Below are positions 12,420-25,844 of a stretch of DNA of 64,000 nt, piece after piece. Location of the stretch: the NCBI GenBank assembly GCA_002633005.1, contig NMRA01000018.1, positions 707,131-771,130 of the forward strand, given 5' to 3'. How positions within the stretch are numbered: position 1 is the first letter of the stretch; every line of letters begins with the position of its first letter. Both the position numbers and the translations under genes were made by a program. The DNA comes from Phoronis australis. Taxonomy: Eukaryota > Animalia > Phoronida. The notes below the pieces were generated by a model. It was not told where the DNA came from and did no database searches. It saw only the letters and a program-made list of their open reading frames with translations.

Positions 12420-15400
12420 GGTGCGTGTGTATGAGCCATCCTCTTTTTGAATGACCTCGAGTGTGGGGAGTGGTTCTTCTTAAGCAATTGCACTAGCCTT
12501 GCAGACCCAGAGAGACTGTTGATTTGCTGACAGAAGTTCCTCCAGGAATTACGATTTGCTTTGCGTGTAGCGGACTTAAACATACGATAGGCAAGATGAC
12601 ATGCATCTCAGCACTCGTCAGTCCAAATTGTCGTTCTGTGAACTTAACGTGCCTTTCGTGAGGTGCTGCTAGTTCTTGGGTCCACCAACTCTGTTGTTTC
12701 GGTTTTCCAGTGACCTTAACGGAGCATGGTACCCAAAAAACAACCTAACTTGTATCAATTTAGATCGAGTAGTTCTACTCCATAACGACACGTACAGTTG
12801 CGTTACCTGACACCTGACGGCAGACGGAAGTGTTGAAATTGTCCAATGACGTCATCGGTTTCACACGCAGTCGGTTCAGCAGTTCACAACACGGGTTACT
12901 GGTGTCAGCTTATCGCTTGAAGTCATCGTTTAAACACCAATAAATCATCAAACTTCGATGTTAAACCCTTAGAAATACACCGAGTTCTTATGAAAACGTG
13001 TTGTTTTATTTCGCTCTTACGGATTTATTGGTATTTGGACACACCATAGCCTACAAAGTTCGGCAGGCCAATAAGGTCCGTAGCAGGAATTTGGGGTCTG
13101 TTCGGAGATAATTTCGAAGTACATGTATTTCCAGTGAGATACAGACAGGAGAACCTAGATCGGTGTAGTTTAGACTTGTGATTTTTTTAGTTCTAAACAC
13201 AAAAGGCTTGTTATCCTGGCCAGTGGCTCGGAGCCCGGCAGTCAGGCCCGTCGCGGTCGGCCGGATTGATTCGTTATCCCGGCCAGTGGCTCGGAAACTG
13301 ATCAGACATCACGAACATAATCCAGCCAAAGTTCAGTGGAAACTAAACTTCCAATCAAGAAAATACTTTACTAGTGAGCCAAAGTAATGAGCACGTGATT
13401 ATGTTGGTGAATTAGCCACGAAACTGCAAATCTACTTACTCGTCGGGGGCCGCGAATTCAGGTTCCGCTTTGGCCACAGCACAATCAGGGCAGAAGTTGT
13501 ACATTGACAATCATTATTTGAGTAATGTAAATGTAAATGAAGATACCCGAAAACCTGACCGTGGCATGGAAATCGCGTTGTTTCAAAACAGTTTCTGCCA
13601 GCAAGCACTAAATTAGCATGAGCTCACACGGCCTCGGTGTCCCGTCAATTAGTTTTATTGCACCTAAAGCCGGTAACGCAGTGATTTATTCATTGCTGAC
13701 TTCTCAAATCATTTGCACTCACGAACACTCCATAGGCATTACAAATTGCATCTAATGAGTCAGACTTTGTTTCAGTATTGGTTAAAGGGTTAGAATAATT
13801 CATTTTGAAAGAGAACGCTCAGTAATGAACGCCAACATGGCAACTCGCAATCCCGACTTAGGACGAACTAAAGCTCATCAGTGCCGACTTCGCAGGTGGA
13901 TCATTAAGTTTGACAGGCTATCAATTCGAACATGAATACAGTGATGAAGAAGTACTAGAGAAGCACCGTGAACAAGCTCAGACAACGGAACGTATGGAGT
14001 TATTTGGTAAGCCGGCATTCGTACCAGGCACTATCGACGTCTGCAGGCCAAAGACACGGAGATGTTTCACGGCCTCATACTTGCTCTTTACAGTGTACAA
14101 TTCATTCTTCACTACCATGAGCCACTTCCTAAGCATTTCGGACTCTCAAGGAAGTAAAAAAAAAACGATATACCCGCATTCCTCGCAGCTGCTTAGTTCG
14201 GACAAACGGAAACGATGCACCGCAACATAGCGGCATTCACTCTGCATATGAACCACTGACGTCGCTAGCCTCGTTTCTGACCTTCCACACAGGTTAACGC
14301 GACACCTCTTGGCAAGGTAAGGTCGACCGTATGCGAGGCGATGTGGATATAGACCGATTAAGACTGCAAAAAAGACTAATTAAATCGGGTGGTATTCTCC
14401 TTTAAAGGCCTCGAATAATTAGCAATAAAGGCCCTCTTGTATTTAAAATATATATATTGCCTTTTATGATTCTAAAAGACGTGTGTTTTAATAACCATGC
14501 ACCACATGTTAATTAACAACAAAATTAATTGTGACACCTACGCACTTCGTCGTCTGAGATTTTTTTAACCAATCAGCGTTAAGTGACGTGAACGTTTAGA
14601 CCTATTCGTTTCCGGGTCACGGCTTGGCAGTTCAGCTGGTGGATTTGGAAGCTCGGGCCAGGCATTCATAAAGGTCGTCAAAAAAGACAGGCAGCAACTG
14701 GAAAGTCCACGTTAAGTTAAGGACAACATGCCAAGTTGTACTTTGTTTAGCTTGTCGGAACTCTCTAAAACCTGGTCATAATTTTTTTCTACTGGGTTTG
14801 GAGCTTGAACTTATGGAGTTCACTATAAGCCTTTAATCAATTAATGACAGAAAATAAGAGGCGTAATAGGGCAGCTGGAGTTAATTAGGGTGGTCTAAGT
14901 CAGCCATTTTGTTTTTGGATCGAACATATTCAATGTCTTAAGTTCTGAAGTGTGAAATTTCACGTTTGAATGAAGGCCCAGATTCAGAAATCCCAGTCAC
15001 GTGAATCCGCAACCGTGTTGAACACCAAAGTTTAAAAATTTTTAACGCGAGTGAAAAATCAATCTATCAAACAAAACTCACATTAAAAGGACCAGAAACA
15101 ATCAGAATCCAAATTCCAAATCTTCGCACGGATTTCAACTGCATTTTTATACTCCACGGGACGTTTGTTTTTGACCTTGAGTTCAAAATTCACACCACGC
15201 AAAATGGACGGTACACCGTCAAGTGACCTATTTTGCTGTCTATGCTCACATAGGATAGTCCTTACCAAGGGTTGTGAAGGTTATTTATATATGAAAATGA
15301 GGTCATTTTTTGAATCGGGACAAAGAATTTTTTATATTAGAGGTGTGTTCTATTTTAGTAAAATCTAAAATTAAATTGGAAATTTCTACATCAAGAAAAT

Positions 15401-16945
15401 CACAAAATAAAAATTCTTCGTCCAGATTTATGAGCAACACACCTCCACTAAATAATGCACAAATAGTCAAAACTGAAAGAAACTCAGTACATTAACGCTA
15501 ACATGTAAGCCAAAATGATGCAGCCTTTTACCATAATACATGTAAGTAATCTAGAATGCACAGTACTTTAGAATATTTAAGCATTACAAACGTTATCCAA
15601 CAGCACAAATTTTCACGTTATGAAAGTGCATATACAACTGTAACTATTACCATGGCGACCGAATAGTGCTTCCTTACACCAGAATTCGACAAGCATGATT
15701 TAAAAAATATGAAGTTGCAAGGAGCAAGCCTTAGGATTTTGAGGCTTGAAGCTTTACAATCCAACATAGCCTATTTCTATAATATTAAGATTCTTCATTT
15801 TGTTGCCTTGATAACCTGAAGTAAGAAATCAACTTATAAAAACATGACTTCAAAGCAGAATTTAGCCATAAAATTTAGATAAATATGAATCATTTTATGA
15901 CACATAATCAAGCCATGAGAAGCAGTTGAGTGTCAAACAAAAAACCATTTCAAAAATATTTTTGAGATGAGTGTAAGATCACATGAAAGGGAAATTCACA
16001 ACAAAATAATTAGAATATTCCTTATATTTTTGTACAAAAACGTGAAAATTGAACAAAGTTACTTTTTTGTAGCAGCGCTTGTCAAAATGTATCTGTTCAA
16101 CGTTTTAACGTTTTTCCCTAATAATTTACAGGGAAATTTAGTGAGACATATCTTTACTTACTATTCTGCGCGATGAAACATTTTTCACTAAATTTCAGCA
16201 GATGTTACTTATTGAGTGATAAACGAGCTCACAATTCCTGATGGACTCATTTCGGGCGGCATTGACAACATGGCGAGTTTTGATAAACTGAAAGGCGTGT
16301 TCAAGATTTTTAAAAGCTTTGGTTCGACCGCCCTAATTTAGCAACAGTGGCACGATATAGGGTAAAGTGAAAACGTACATTTTAAAATGTGGTGCCATAC
16401 ATCTAATTTAGGTGAGTGAATGAACGATATGAACGTGATAATATTGCAACGCGCATTTCGAGCCGTTCTGCATGTCAAGCTTTGTTATCGCTTAAGCAAA
16501 TTGTTGTGAGAAATTTAGTAAAATATGACCTGCGGTTCATTTCGAGTCTGTGACACGGCAATCGTGTGAAAATCTTTTGCTTACCCCGTCCGCTGGATAG
16601 TTCACTGATCGCCCGCCAACAAAGTCGACAGTGATCCACCAGCTCTCCCGCTGGCGGAGTTAGTCATCCGTCCTTGAATGTGCATACCCAATTATGGCGA
16701 TATAAAACGATGACTATAAAGATATCAAATCAATTTCAATGTCTCTGTCTGTTAGACGTCCACCTTTTTGTGGATTGAAAACATCACCGACAACGCATAT
16801 TACGCTAGTGAGTTACACGCATACTCGGGACTGGGAAGTGACTTTAGCTTAACGTTGACGCCACACATCCGGTTAACTGCACAGCGCCACCTGAAGTTTT
16901 TTCACTGATCAATTTCCCGAGAACAGAGAATGCTCCCAACGGGAG
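12420..16945 (-). repeat. Inverted duplicate of the R1 linker plus Kolobok A region, with secondary insertions
   Basis: Reverse-complement matches: 12420-12719 to ~7323-7627; 14406-15343 and ~16385-16902 to Kolobok A (~5870-7322); 16903-16942 to 261-300. Confidence 0.88.
12720..14401 (-). mobile_element. Kolobok-like element, family B (degenerate copy)
   Basis: TTAA at 12716-12719 and 14402-14405, ends CGGAGCATGGTACCC / GGGTGGTATTCTCCT, and colinear with 41385-43014 in reverse. Confidence 0.85.
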
Positions 16946-19900
16946 CATATATTAAAACATTTGTGGACAGCGACCTGTGTGTCCTGCATGTTTTGATTGA
17001 AACCACCCACTTCGCTGATATCGGTCGTCCTGTTCTCCATTACTGTCACACTCCCATTAACAAACCAACAAAGTTCTAAAGATTTATGAATAACAAAAAA
17101 ACGATGTCAACAAGATCATTAAGATTTTCCAAAGCTCGAAATCTGAATTACATTAAAATTCTTACGACTGGTGCTCAGAACTTTACAATTAAAGCTGTAC
17201 GGCCTCAAAACGGTAACAATTATCGGTCTTGTAATGTCTGCTTGACGTCTAGTAACGTTAAGTGGTTCCGAAAAAATGGGAACGTAAATTAACACGAGGC
17301 AATCCAAAACTCATCTTTGATTGAATGGTTATTGCTAACTATACCTTTTAAGTAAGGAAGACCCACGGGGAGCACTAATCCTGTAAAAGTGAAAATCTTC
17401 CGGGTAGTAATTTTTCTACAGCTGATCAGATGGCGCACCGGTTTACCGAGTCGTAAAAATGAATCTTCTGTTGAACAAGTTGTACTCAAATAAAGCACAG
17501 CTCCAAGTCAATATTTTTAGGGTGGGCCCAAGCGTGTAACTTTGAGAAATCCTACATTTTTGGCTAACTATTCAATGCACGGAAAACGTAAAATAGCTAT
17601 TGCTTTTCCTATAGGAGTGTTTTCGCTAACCTCCCCTCAACAATTCTTGAAGCAACGTTTCAGCCAGTTGTATTTACAATCATCACCGGGACCTCCATTT
17701 TAGTGATGATGACTGAAACGTAGATTCGATGAAGCATTGCAGGTTCAGGTGAGAATGGACCATACGATTCCAACCGTGACTATAGGACATCACTAACATA
17801 ATATGAATTCGAGATGTACATAAAAATACTACATAGGGCTAGGAATGTCATTGGTTAATCTGGGCATCAGATGTAAGCCACAAGCAGATCCAGAATTTCA
17901 AAAGGGATAATTGCAGTGGTGCTGTGAATTTGAAATACAAACAAACTACGAAAATGTCACAATATTTTACGTAAGGTATCGGTAAAGTTAAGTGTTTTAT
18001 TATCTAATATTCATGGAGACTCTGACTTGCAACACATAGAAAAACACATCAGTGCAGCATTTATTACACAGGAAATTTGTACAACGCAGCCTTCTTTCGT
18101 GGTTGAGATCGAGCTATGGATAGGACACTTTCGTTTCCCACCTGTAAATTTATTAGACTACATATGTGTATTATACAAGTGTGGGTGTTTAAGATGGTTG
18201 TCAATGTTAAGTTTCGGAGATCGAGATCATTGATCAAAAGAAGTAAAATGAATCCACAGACTACCTATACATGTACATAACACTGAAATTTTTTGTCAAC
18301 ATCATACGAAAACAGGAAAACGCAAAGCGCCCAATATTGCACATCTGACAGTATGCTTCCAAGGATGTTAATAATATATAAGATAAAAACCCTCTAGGTG
18401 GTGCAGTATACATTAAATTCATCTGAAACAAGACAATCGCTGTCATATTGCCAAATTCCATACATTAAGATACATTTACGTGGGTGATACAGAACCATAA
18501 GAGGACGCCACAGCACTCGGAAATGTCCTAAAATTTATGCCGGGCATACTCTCCTCAATGATTTAACACATACATCAAATTTCACCCAGATTCTTCAACA
18601 GAACTTTGTAAATATTGTGGCTCAGATAAACAAACAATGTGCCACTCCTGGCGCCTCAGTGATTGCACCCATCAGTTGTGATCATCACAATAGGAACACA
18701 TGAGCAAAATTTCATAACTATCCACCAAGCAGTTTAAAGGACAGAGATGCTGCTGCCAGAAGTAATAATGTTTAGTGGCACAGAATATTTTAATTCCGGC
18801 CGAAAATAGCAATTTGTTCTCGTTCCCTCAACAAAAATAAAGTTACCATATTGTACGAATATACATCAAGAAACTTTGTAGATATAGAGGCATACATAAA
18901 GAAAACCTAAATTGCAATTAAGCAGTGCTGTAAGCATAGTAGGGCATAGGCGCAGCCAACCACCTTTTGGCATTTGAACATAGTGCCTACGCACCATAAT
19001 TTACGTTCAGTGCTCAAAGTGATACGGTGGGCATTGGGCACCTACTTACCTTTAATTTTACCACTACAGCACTGCCATTAAGGGGCACCATAAGTGATCG
19101 TCCAATCAACAATCAGTGTCAGTCGTGCACATTTCAATGGCAACATTTCTGTACAGATTACATAGGTACATGTACGTCAGGAAATGGGAAAATGAGGCTG
19201 TCTCCATAACTGAAACTTATTTGCAAAATTTCATGAAAATCAGTCAAGGAACTTGCTAGACAAAGAGTGAAGAAGCGAAGTTGCCACTAGGGGCCCAGTG
19301 GTAGTCAAATACATCCCAAAAATCGTGTGTCATCTCATCTGTAAGATTTCACGTTCACCAAGGGTTTGGAGATGCAGCAACAGATGCCAGACAAAGAGAC
19401 CAGGATGACAGCATATTGAGCTTACACACGCATGCTTGCATGCATGCAAACAGTCATACAGAACAAGGCAAAATTAATCAGACAATATAATTTTGCCCCG
19501 CTTGATGGCTAGTCCTGTTAATGCAAAAATGACTGGTAATAACTACGGCTAATTACAGAATGTCTTAGCCACCATACTAACTTTCCCTTCATTCTCAGTC
19601 ACAAAGGAAGACCACTTTGACCACGAATTCTATTTCTGTCCCAGCTATCATGGCAAATGCACGTTTATTGGATATGGTAAAAATTTTGTTACGACTAACA
19701 ACGTACGTTTGACCATCTGGAATAAAAATAGTGGAATGACACCCAAATTATAACAGAACCTGTTAGCATAAATCGTGCATCGGGGACTAGGAATTGTGAG
19801 ACGGGGAGGGGGGGGGGCATCGCAGTGGTGAACTTAGAGGGGACCAAGGGGAGCCATGATTCCCCTAAAATTCTCCCGTATTCCGTTTGGCAGTTCGGGC

Positions 19901-21031
19901 GTGAGAATGTTTGACTGGCAAAATCCTGGCTAATACTCTGCTCTGCCCCTAACTTCAAATCCTGGATCCGCCCCTACATCGGCACGGGAGACCATAAAGC
20001 ATTGGAACAATGGGTGTATGAAACAATAGTAGCTTGCCTGGTAAGGAACATTGAGACAAGGTATCATCTGTGGTGGAACTGTGGGTGAGGAGAACGTAGG
20101 TACACGCACCGAGAAATGCGGCTAATGGTCAGACAAAGGGAAAACATGTGAGAAGGAATACATTGCTCGCAAAACGTGAAGGTGAACAGGCTTGAAATTC
20201 TCCGCGGAAACACGACTTCAGCTTTCTCATTTGTTGTTTCCGCGTATTTATAGTATTTGAACGGGAAGGAAATCTGATTTGAGATTATATTTTCTCGGTT
20301 CCCAACATGTTCACAAACACAAGCAAAGCAGGTTCACTGCGCCTACATACCCCAGCATGTACCAAAAAGCTGCCGCCAAACTGGCGTACCATTAACATAT
20401 AATGTCTAGGCAGCGCAAATTGACCACGGATATACTCGCAGTCTTAAATGTACAGTGCCACCTGAACGGGAAACATATTCGAGAGATGGTTGGTGATTAT
20501 GAGAACCTCGCCTAATGCCAGCCTCGTTTGTGGGACCGTTGATCTTGTAAACATCAACTTTTGGGACACTAAAGACGTGGTTTACTCCCTCCAGTTTTCT
20601 GTATCCCCTTGCTCGAACTCTTGATCAACTCCCAACCCCCCTACCGGGAAAGACCCTTACCGGATTGTTGATTTCTCCATGCCTTCACCTTTGCCTAAAC
20701 GTAGCATCACAAAGGCCTACATGTATACCGTCATGTAATGTTACTGATGCTAGATGTTTTTAGGAGGCGACACTTGACACATTTCGTAGCAAAAGTGTAA
20801 TCTTTGGGTTGATAAAGTTTCATTTATTAGTGTCTACATGTAAACAGCTTACGACTTTTATACAAATATCTGTGCACTCCAATTGTCTTGAACTTCGAAG
20901 TCGCGTCGGAACACTTGTCTGCACACCACAGATGCATATGACGGTCATGTTCGAAAAATTGGAGGTTGAAGACAGGTCTTAGATATGAGTCGGTACTGAA
21001 AACAATGCTACTTCCTTTTTTGTTTTTTCAG

Positions 21032-22866
21032 ATCCAGTCAGCGGTTATGCAGTGTACACGCCTTCCTGTCGAATTATCGACGTTGACCCATGGGACTCGT
21101 CAATAACGAGATTTGTAAAGAAGGTGACAAATCCGTTACCGTGTATGAAATACAAAAAACTTGCAAATCTTGATAAAGGAGTATTAACGCCGACAGAAGA
21201 TCTTCTTAAAATGAAATCGGGGGTAAATTGTCACTTTGAACCCGTGAAACGAGCATTCATCGCAAAGAGTGATGATACTTTTACGTACGGCAGTGCTGTC
21301 GAATTGCCGCTCTCCAGCGAAAAAGGTATCAATGTGTCGGACGATTTGGTACACGTATATTGCAAGAAGGACAAGAATACACTATACGACGACTTTCTCA
21401 CCCAAACATATATCGGCAACTACCATAAATACAAAGACAAGATGAACATGTTACCCACAACTAAGGCAGACCTAAACGTCAAACGAAATAAAATTGACGA
21501 AAGACTGAATGTGTTAGTGGTCGGTGTTGACTCAATGTCGCGACTAAACGGTCACCGACAACTTTCAAAGCTGAGGAAATACATGCTCAATGATTTAAAC
21601 GGAATAGAACTGAACGGATTCAACAGGCTAGGGGACAATACGTTTTTAAACGTGTGTCCACTCACCATGGGAAAAACAATTAACGAATTAAAATGGGATT
21701 CGTCAAAGTTTTTAGACGACGAACCATTAATTTGGAAGAGGTTTATGGCAAAGGGATACGCTACCCTTTACGCCGAGGACGCTACCGATGGCACAGCGTT
21801 TAATTATTTAAAGAAAGGGTTTTCCAAATCTCCCACCCATCACTACTTTCGCCCCTTGGCACTAGCAATGTATAATAGAGCACCATTATGCAAGAAAAGT
21901 CCAAAGTTTTGTTGTGGAAGAAAGGGCTATCACCAATGGACGTTGGATTATGGAAGACAGTTTGCTACCACATACCACGCGGCAAACATCTCGTTCTTCG
22001 GTTTTGTGTTTAATACAATCATTACACATGATGACCTTAACGCAGCTGGACACTGTGATGATCACTATACAGAATTTGTCCGTTACATCAAGGAATCTAG
22101 TATTCTAAACAACACAGTTGTTATTGTATTCGGAGACCATGGCTTTCGCTTTGGCGGAATCAGGGGCACATACATTGGTCGTTACGAAGAAAACCTGGCT
22201 ATGCTTTTCATGGCTCTTCCACCATGGTTTAGCAAAAAATACCCTGATTATGATAGAGCCCTTAGACACAATCAGCATATGTTGACTACGCCGTTTGACG
22301 TGCACCAAACTATACGAGATTTGTGTGTAGGATGCCAGTTTGATAAGCCAACTGAGTATGGCATTAGTCTCTTCGAAAAAATTCCCGACACTAGAAAGTG
22401 CCCTGACGCTGGTATTCCCGTTCACTACTGCGCATGTCGAGAGGAGAAAAAACTTAATACTTCTGACTCGAACGTTGTTCAGGCGAGTAAAGCATTAGTG
22501 AGTCGCATTAATGATTTAAATAATAAGAAGAAAGATCTATGTTTGGAACAATCAATACGCAAGGTTATTGCTGCTTCAACTTCTGTGCACGATCAGACAT
22601 ACTCTAAGGGATGTACACTAAAAAATGTATGTTATGATACTAACTGGCACAAGTTGAAGACCTCATTTATTTTATATCTTGTTACTATTCAAACTCAGCC
22701 TGGCGTTGGTCTGTTTCAAGCCACCGTACGACAAGAGAAGGACAAATTGGAAGTGATGGGCGACATCAGTAGGATTAATCGGTATGGAAATACTTCCAGT
22801 TGCATCAAAGACGACTTTAATTTGAGGAAGTTCTGCTACTGTAGAAGTAACATACCTATTAGTTAA
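21032..22866 (+). CDS. DUF229-family protein (alkaline phosphatase/sulfatase superfamily), large terminal coding exon, copy 1
   Basis: Open frame of 604 aa with family motifs NVLVVGVDSMSRLN, GDNT, THDD, FGDHGFRFG, TPFDVHQT, C..AGIP.HYCAC and ISRINRYG..S.C...RKFCYC. The track's GTG start lies 20 nt downstream of a polypyrimidine tract + AG (cttccttttttgttttttcag, AG at 21030-21031), so this is a spliced exon. The upstream exon(s) were not identified. Confidence 0.9.
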
Positions 22867-24531
22867 GGAATGTGACAGCAAACATTCTGAGTCCTTTATT
22901 TAAGTAGGACGGGTATTGGTTGGTGCGACCTTGACCATGACGTCTTGAAGTGCATCAATGTTCATCTGTCTGTTTTTGTTTACAATTCTTAATACGACAG
23001 TGTAAAAGTACATTGTGCAGTTAATTTGAAAACACACATTCACCAGGTGTAAAACAGTCATATCTTATACGCCCACATATACATGTATAATACAACCGCA
23101 TAAAATGAAATGAAACAGAAAGGTTCATATATAAATGACTAATTAACCCAAGAATGAAATAATTTCAGTGATACATGATTTCTATCAAGACCAGGTTTTT
23201 AGAATGTGAATCTCTCGACAGTCGCTGTCAATGCATTCATCCAAAATTATATATCTTTATGTATGGGTATTCCTAGAAGTGAAAGAATATGTGGCATATG
23301 CAATATATGTGAAACTGAAGCTGGGTCCTCCTTTGATGCTTCGATGCCCTCTTTTTGGAGACCTTAGGAAAATTTTTGTACCAGAGCTGGTGAATGTTAA
23401 CTCTTGGTAGGTTACTCCAATAGAAAAATTGTGTTAGTATCCTGAACCTTACATTGTATTCAGAAGGCTTTGGCTACAAGAGAAGAAGTGCTTTCTGTGT
23501 AAATATGCGGAATGTACATTTGAATGAATGTATTTATATGCCTGTGGTGTACATTAAATGTTATTGACTCATTGGTTTAAGTAATTGGATCTTTCGTGCC
23601 GTTTGATACATTTCTTCAGCAAAAATTCATGTTGTAGTGACTTTTACAAAAAAATTATCAACTAATTACCCAAATACCTATCCGAAATTCGCAGATGAAG
23701 GCTTTCTGATAGATAAAAAAACGAGCACACAGCTACATGTATTGTGTACATGTAGGTATGAAATGTACTGTGGAGAGATCATTACATAGGTTGCAGGGAC
23801 TTACCATAGTACTTTCTAAATAAACCAATTTCTTGAGAAAGTAAAAATTAGTGATTCTGGCACTTGCAGTGAATGTTGCAGTAAACAAGTCAGACTGGAA
23901 CACAATTTTATGATTATTATGTTACTAGAGAAGTTCAACTCTGGAAAACAACAATATTCATAAGACAGAGACAAAAGAATACCTGTTCCATAGTTGTCAG
24001 CATTCGAAAATGAAAAACAACGACACAACTGGTTTGGAAAGCAGGACTTCCGGATAAAAAGCGGGTCATCTTGGTCTTTTCTATTCTAAAACGCAAGGAT
24101 GAAGTGCTCGCCGCAACATCCAAAAACGTCCCGACAACGTTTTGTGTCGAAGAGGAGACGTTAAACCAAAATATACCGTCGGACGCATGGGCAATTGCGA
24201 GTGACTAAAAAATTATGAAAAGCCCCGTTTTTTTTCTTTTTAGTCGAACGGTAAGATAGTGCTATGTCGCATGAGAAATAATCTATAGCATGTCAGTGTC
24301 GAACAATTGGCAAGTATAGTGTACGCTGTCAGCAGCATTAAGTATTGGATTGTGTTTTTGAAAGGAAAACTTCCTTTTCGAATTTTATTTCACGGGTAAA
24401 GGTAAGTACTACTGATAACATTCACTGCTCAGAAATCGAATTAACAACATGTGCAACAGGTAAAAATTGCATACGAATTATCATAGAAACAATAGCAACT
24501 ACAATAATTGATACAAACACACATAGGGCCT

Positions 24532-24535
24532 ACAC

Positions 24536-24583
<48 letters not shown>
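24532..24583. repeat. (CA)n microsatellite, mirrored by (TG)n at ~35596-35668
   Basis: Read directly from the sequence. Confidence 0.95.
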
Positions 24584-24585
<2 letters not shown>

Positions 24586-24896
24586 AACTACGCAAATGTG
24601 AGCAGTTTTTCAAAGTCACGTAAACACACCTGTTAGTTTGGCCTAAACTTTTCACTTATAACTGCAGAACAAACACTCAGAAACCAAATGTGACTTCTTT
24701 CAGTAAAATACAGTAATGTGATTTTAACACCTAAAATGTCTTGTTGAAAAACCCCTGGCTTGTAGTTTGATAGGTTGTCGAAAGTGGTTGTAAGACTGAA
24801 GATGAAAAGATATGAGAGGCCAGACTACATGTACATGTATTTCCGGTATTTGGCCAGGGCCCTGGTTCGGTGCCTATAAAGAATGGCCTAAGTAAT

Positions 24897-25844
24897 CAGT
24901 GGCGGATCTAGGATATCACAAGGGGGGCCCAACATTTTGTACCGCTGTAAGCATTTGCGCAAACTGAACCACGATTGTGGATGCGCATGGCACCGAATGG
25001 GTGGAGGTCGGGAGGAGGGCAAACCCCCTCCCGCCCAGGAAATTTTTCTGTTTTCACCTTTAAAAATCAAGCATTTTCTTGATTCCTGAAGTATCATCAA
25101 AGAAAAAAAGGCAAAAAAAAAAACACGGAGAACGTGTCAAACAGGAAAAATTGTAAAGACCAAAGACTCGAACTCGCGACCTGGCGGATAGAGCGCGCGT
25201 ACGCTACCACTACACCACCACGATTTAACAACTAATCTCACACTAAGAAACCTACTTGTTTATGGTCCACAGGGTTTGCGCGCGATACCTACTTCTTTTT
25301 GCAATGCTTATTACACGTTTTATATTTTGTGCCATCAAGTCTTAACAAATTTGTCGTATTAAAAATAGTCTTCAAATGTCCAAAAGACCAAATCCGTTTT
25401 TCGTGTTGGCAATAATGACGGGATTGCTTTGGAAATCGTCTTAAGATAAGGTTTGACAAAGAGAGTATTGCGAGTTTCTGAGTGATTCACTATGGCTTCA
25501 ATTAAAATTCACATCTTACCGGCAGCTTCTGTTTTTTCATCGTCACTCAGGTTCCATTTTCTTTAAAAAATGAAGTAAATTTTCTTCATTACACAGTGGA
25601 GCAGACGACGGAAACGGAGTCGTAGTGCGCAGCGCCACTGTCGGTCGCCTGGGATATCGCGGGAGAGCCTATACTTAGCCGTAGTTCAGTTACGAATGCG
25701 CCGTGTTCCGAACTTGACACTTGAAGTTTGGATTTGAGCCCCCCCCCNNNNNNNNNNNNNNNNNNNNNNNNNNNNNNNNNNNNNNNNNNNNNNNNNNNNN
25801 NNNNNNNNNNNNNNNNNNNCCCCCCCCCCCTAAATCCGCCTATG
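24897..25844. mobile_element. TIR element (CAGTGGCGGATCTAG family), left-arm-specific, spanning the N gap
   Basis: Ends CAGTGGCGGATCTAG / CTAAATCCGCCTATG with GTAAT on both flanks. The right arm has an empty site at ~35282-35290, and a homologous copy lies at ~60928-61620. Confidence 0.7.
25748..25819. other. Assembly gap (Ns) flanked by poly-C
   Basis: Read directly from the sequence. Confidence 0.99.

Noticed and set aside
21052-21054. GTG start codon for DUF229 (also 39195)
   Set aside because: Artefact of the ORF track; the frame extends to a conserved splice acceptor 20 nt upstream.
21231-22881. Short antisense and alternative-frame ORFs over DUF229 and their mirrors
   Set aside because: Shadow frames of the real CDS, conserved only because the DNA is nearly identical.
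25161-25222. Functional tRNA gene
   Set aside because: A and B boxes are present but I could not fold a full cloverleaf with an acceptor stem, and the second copy is diverged.
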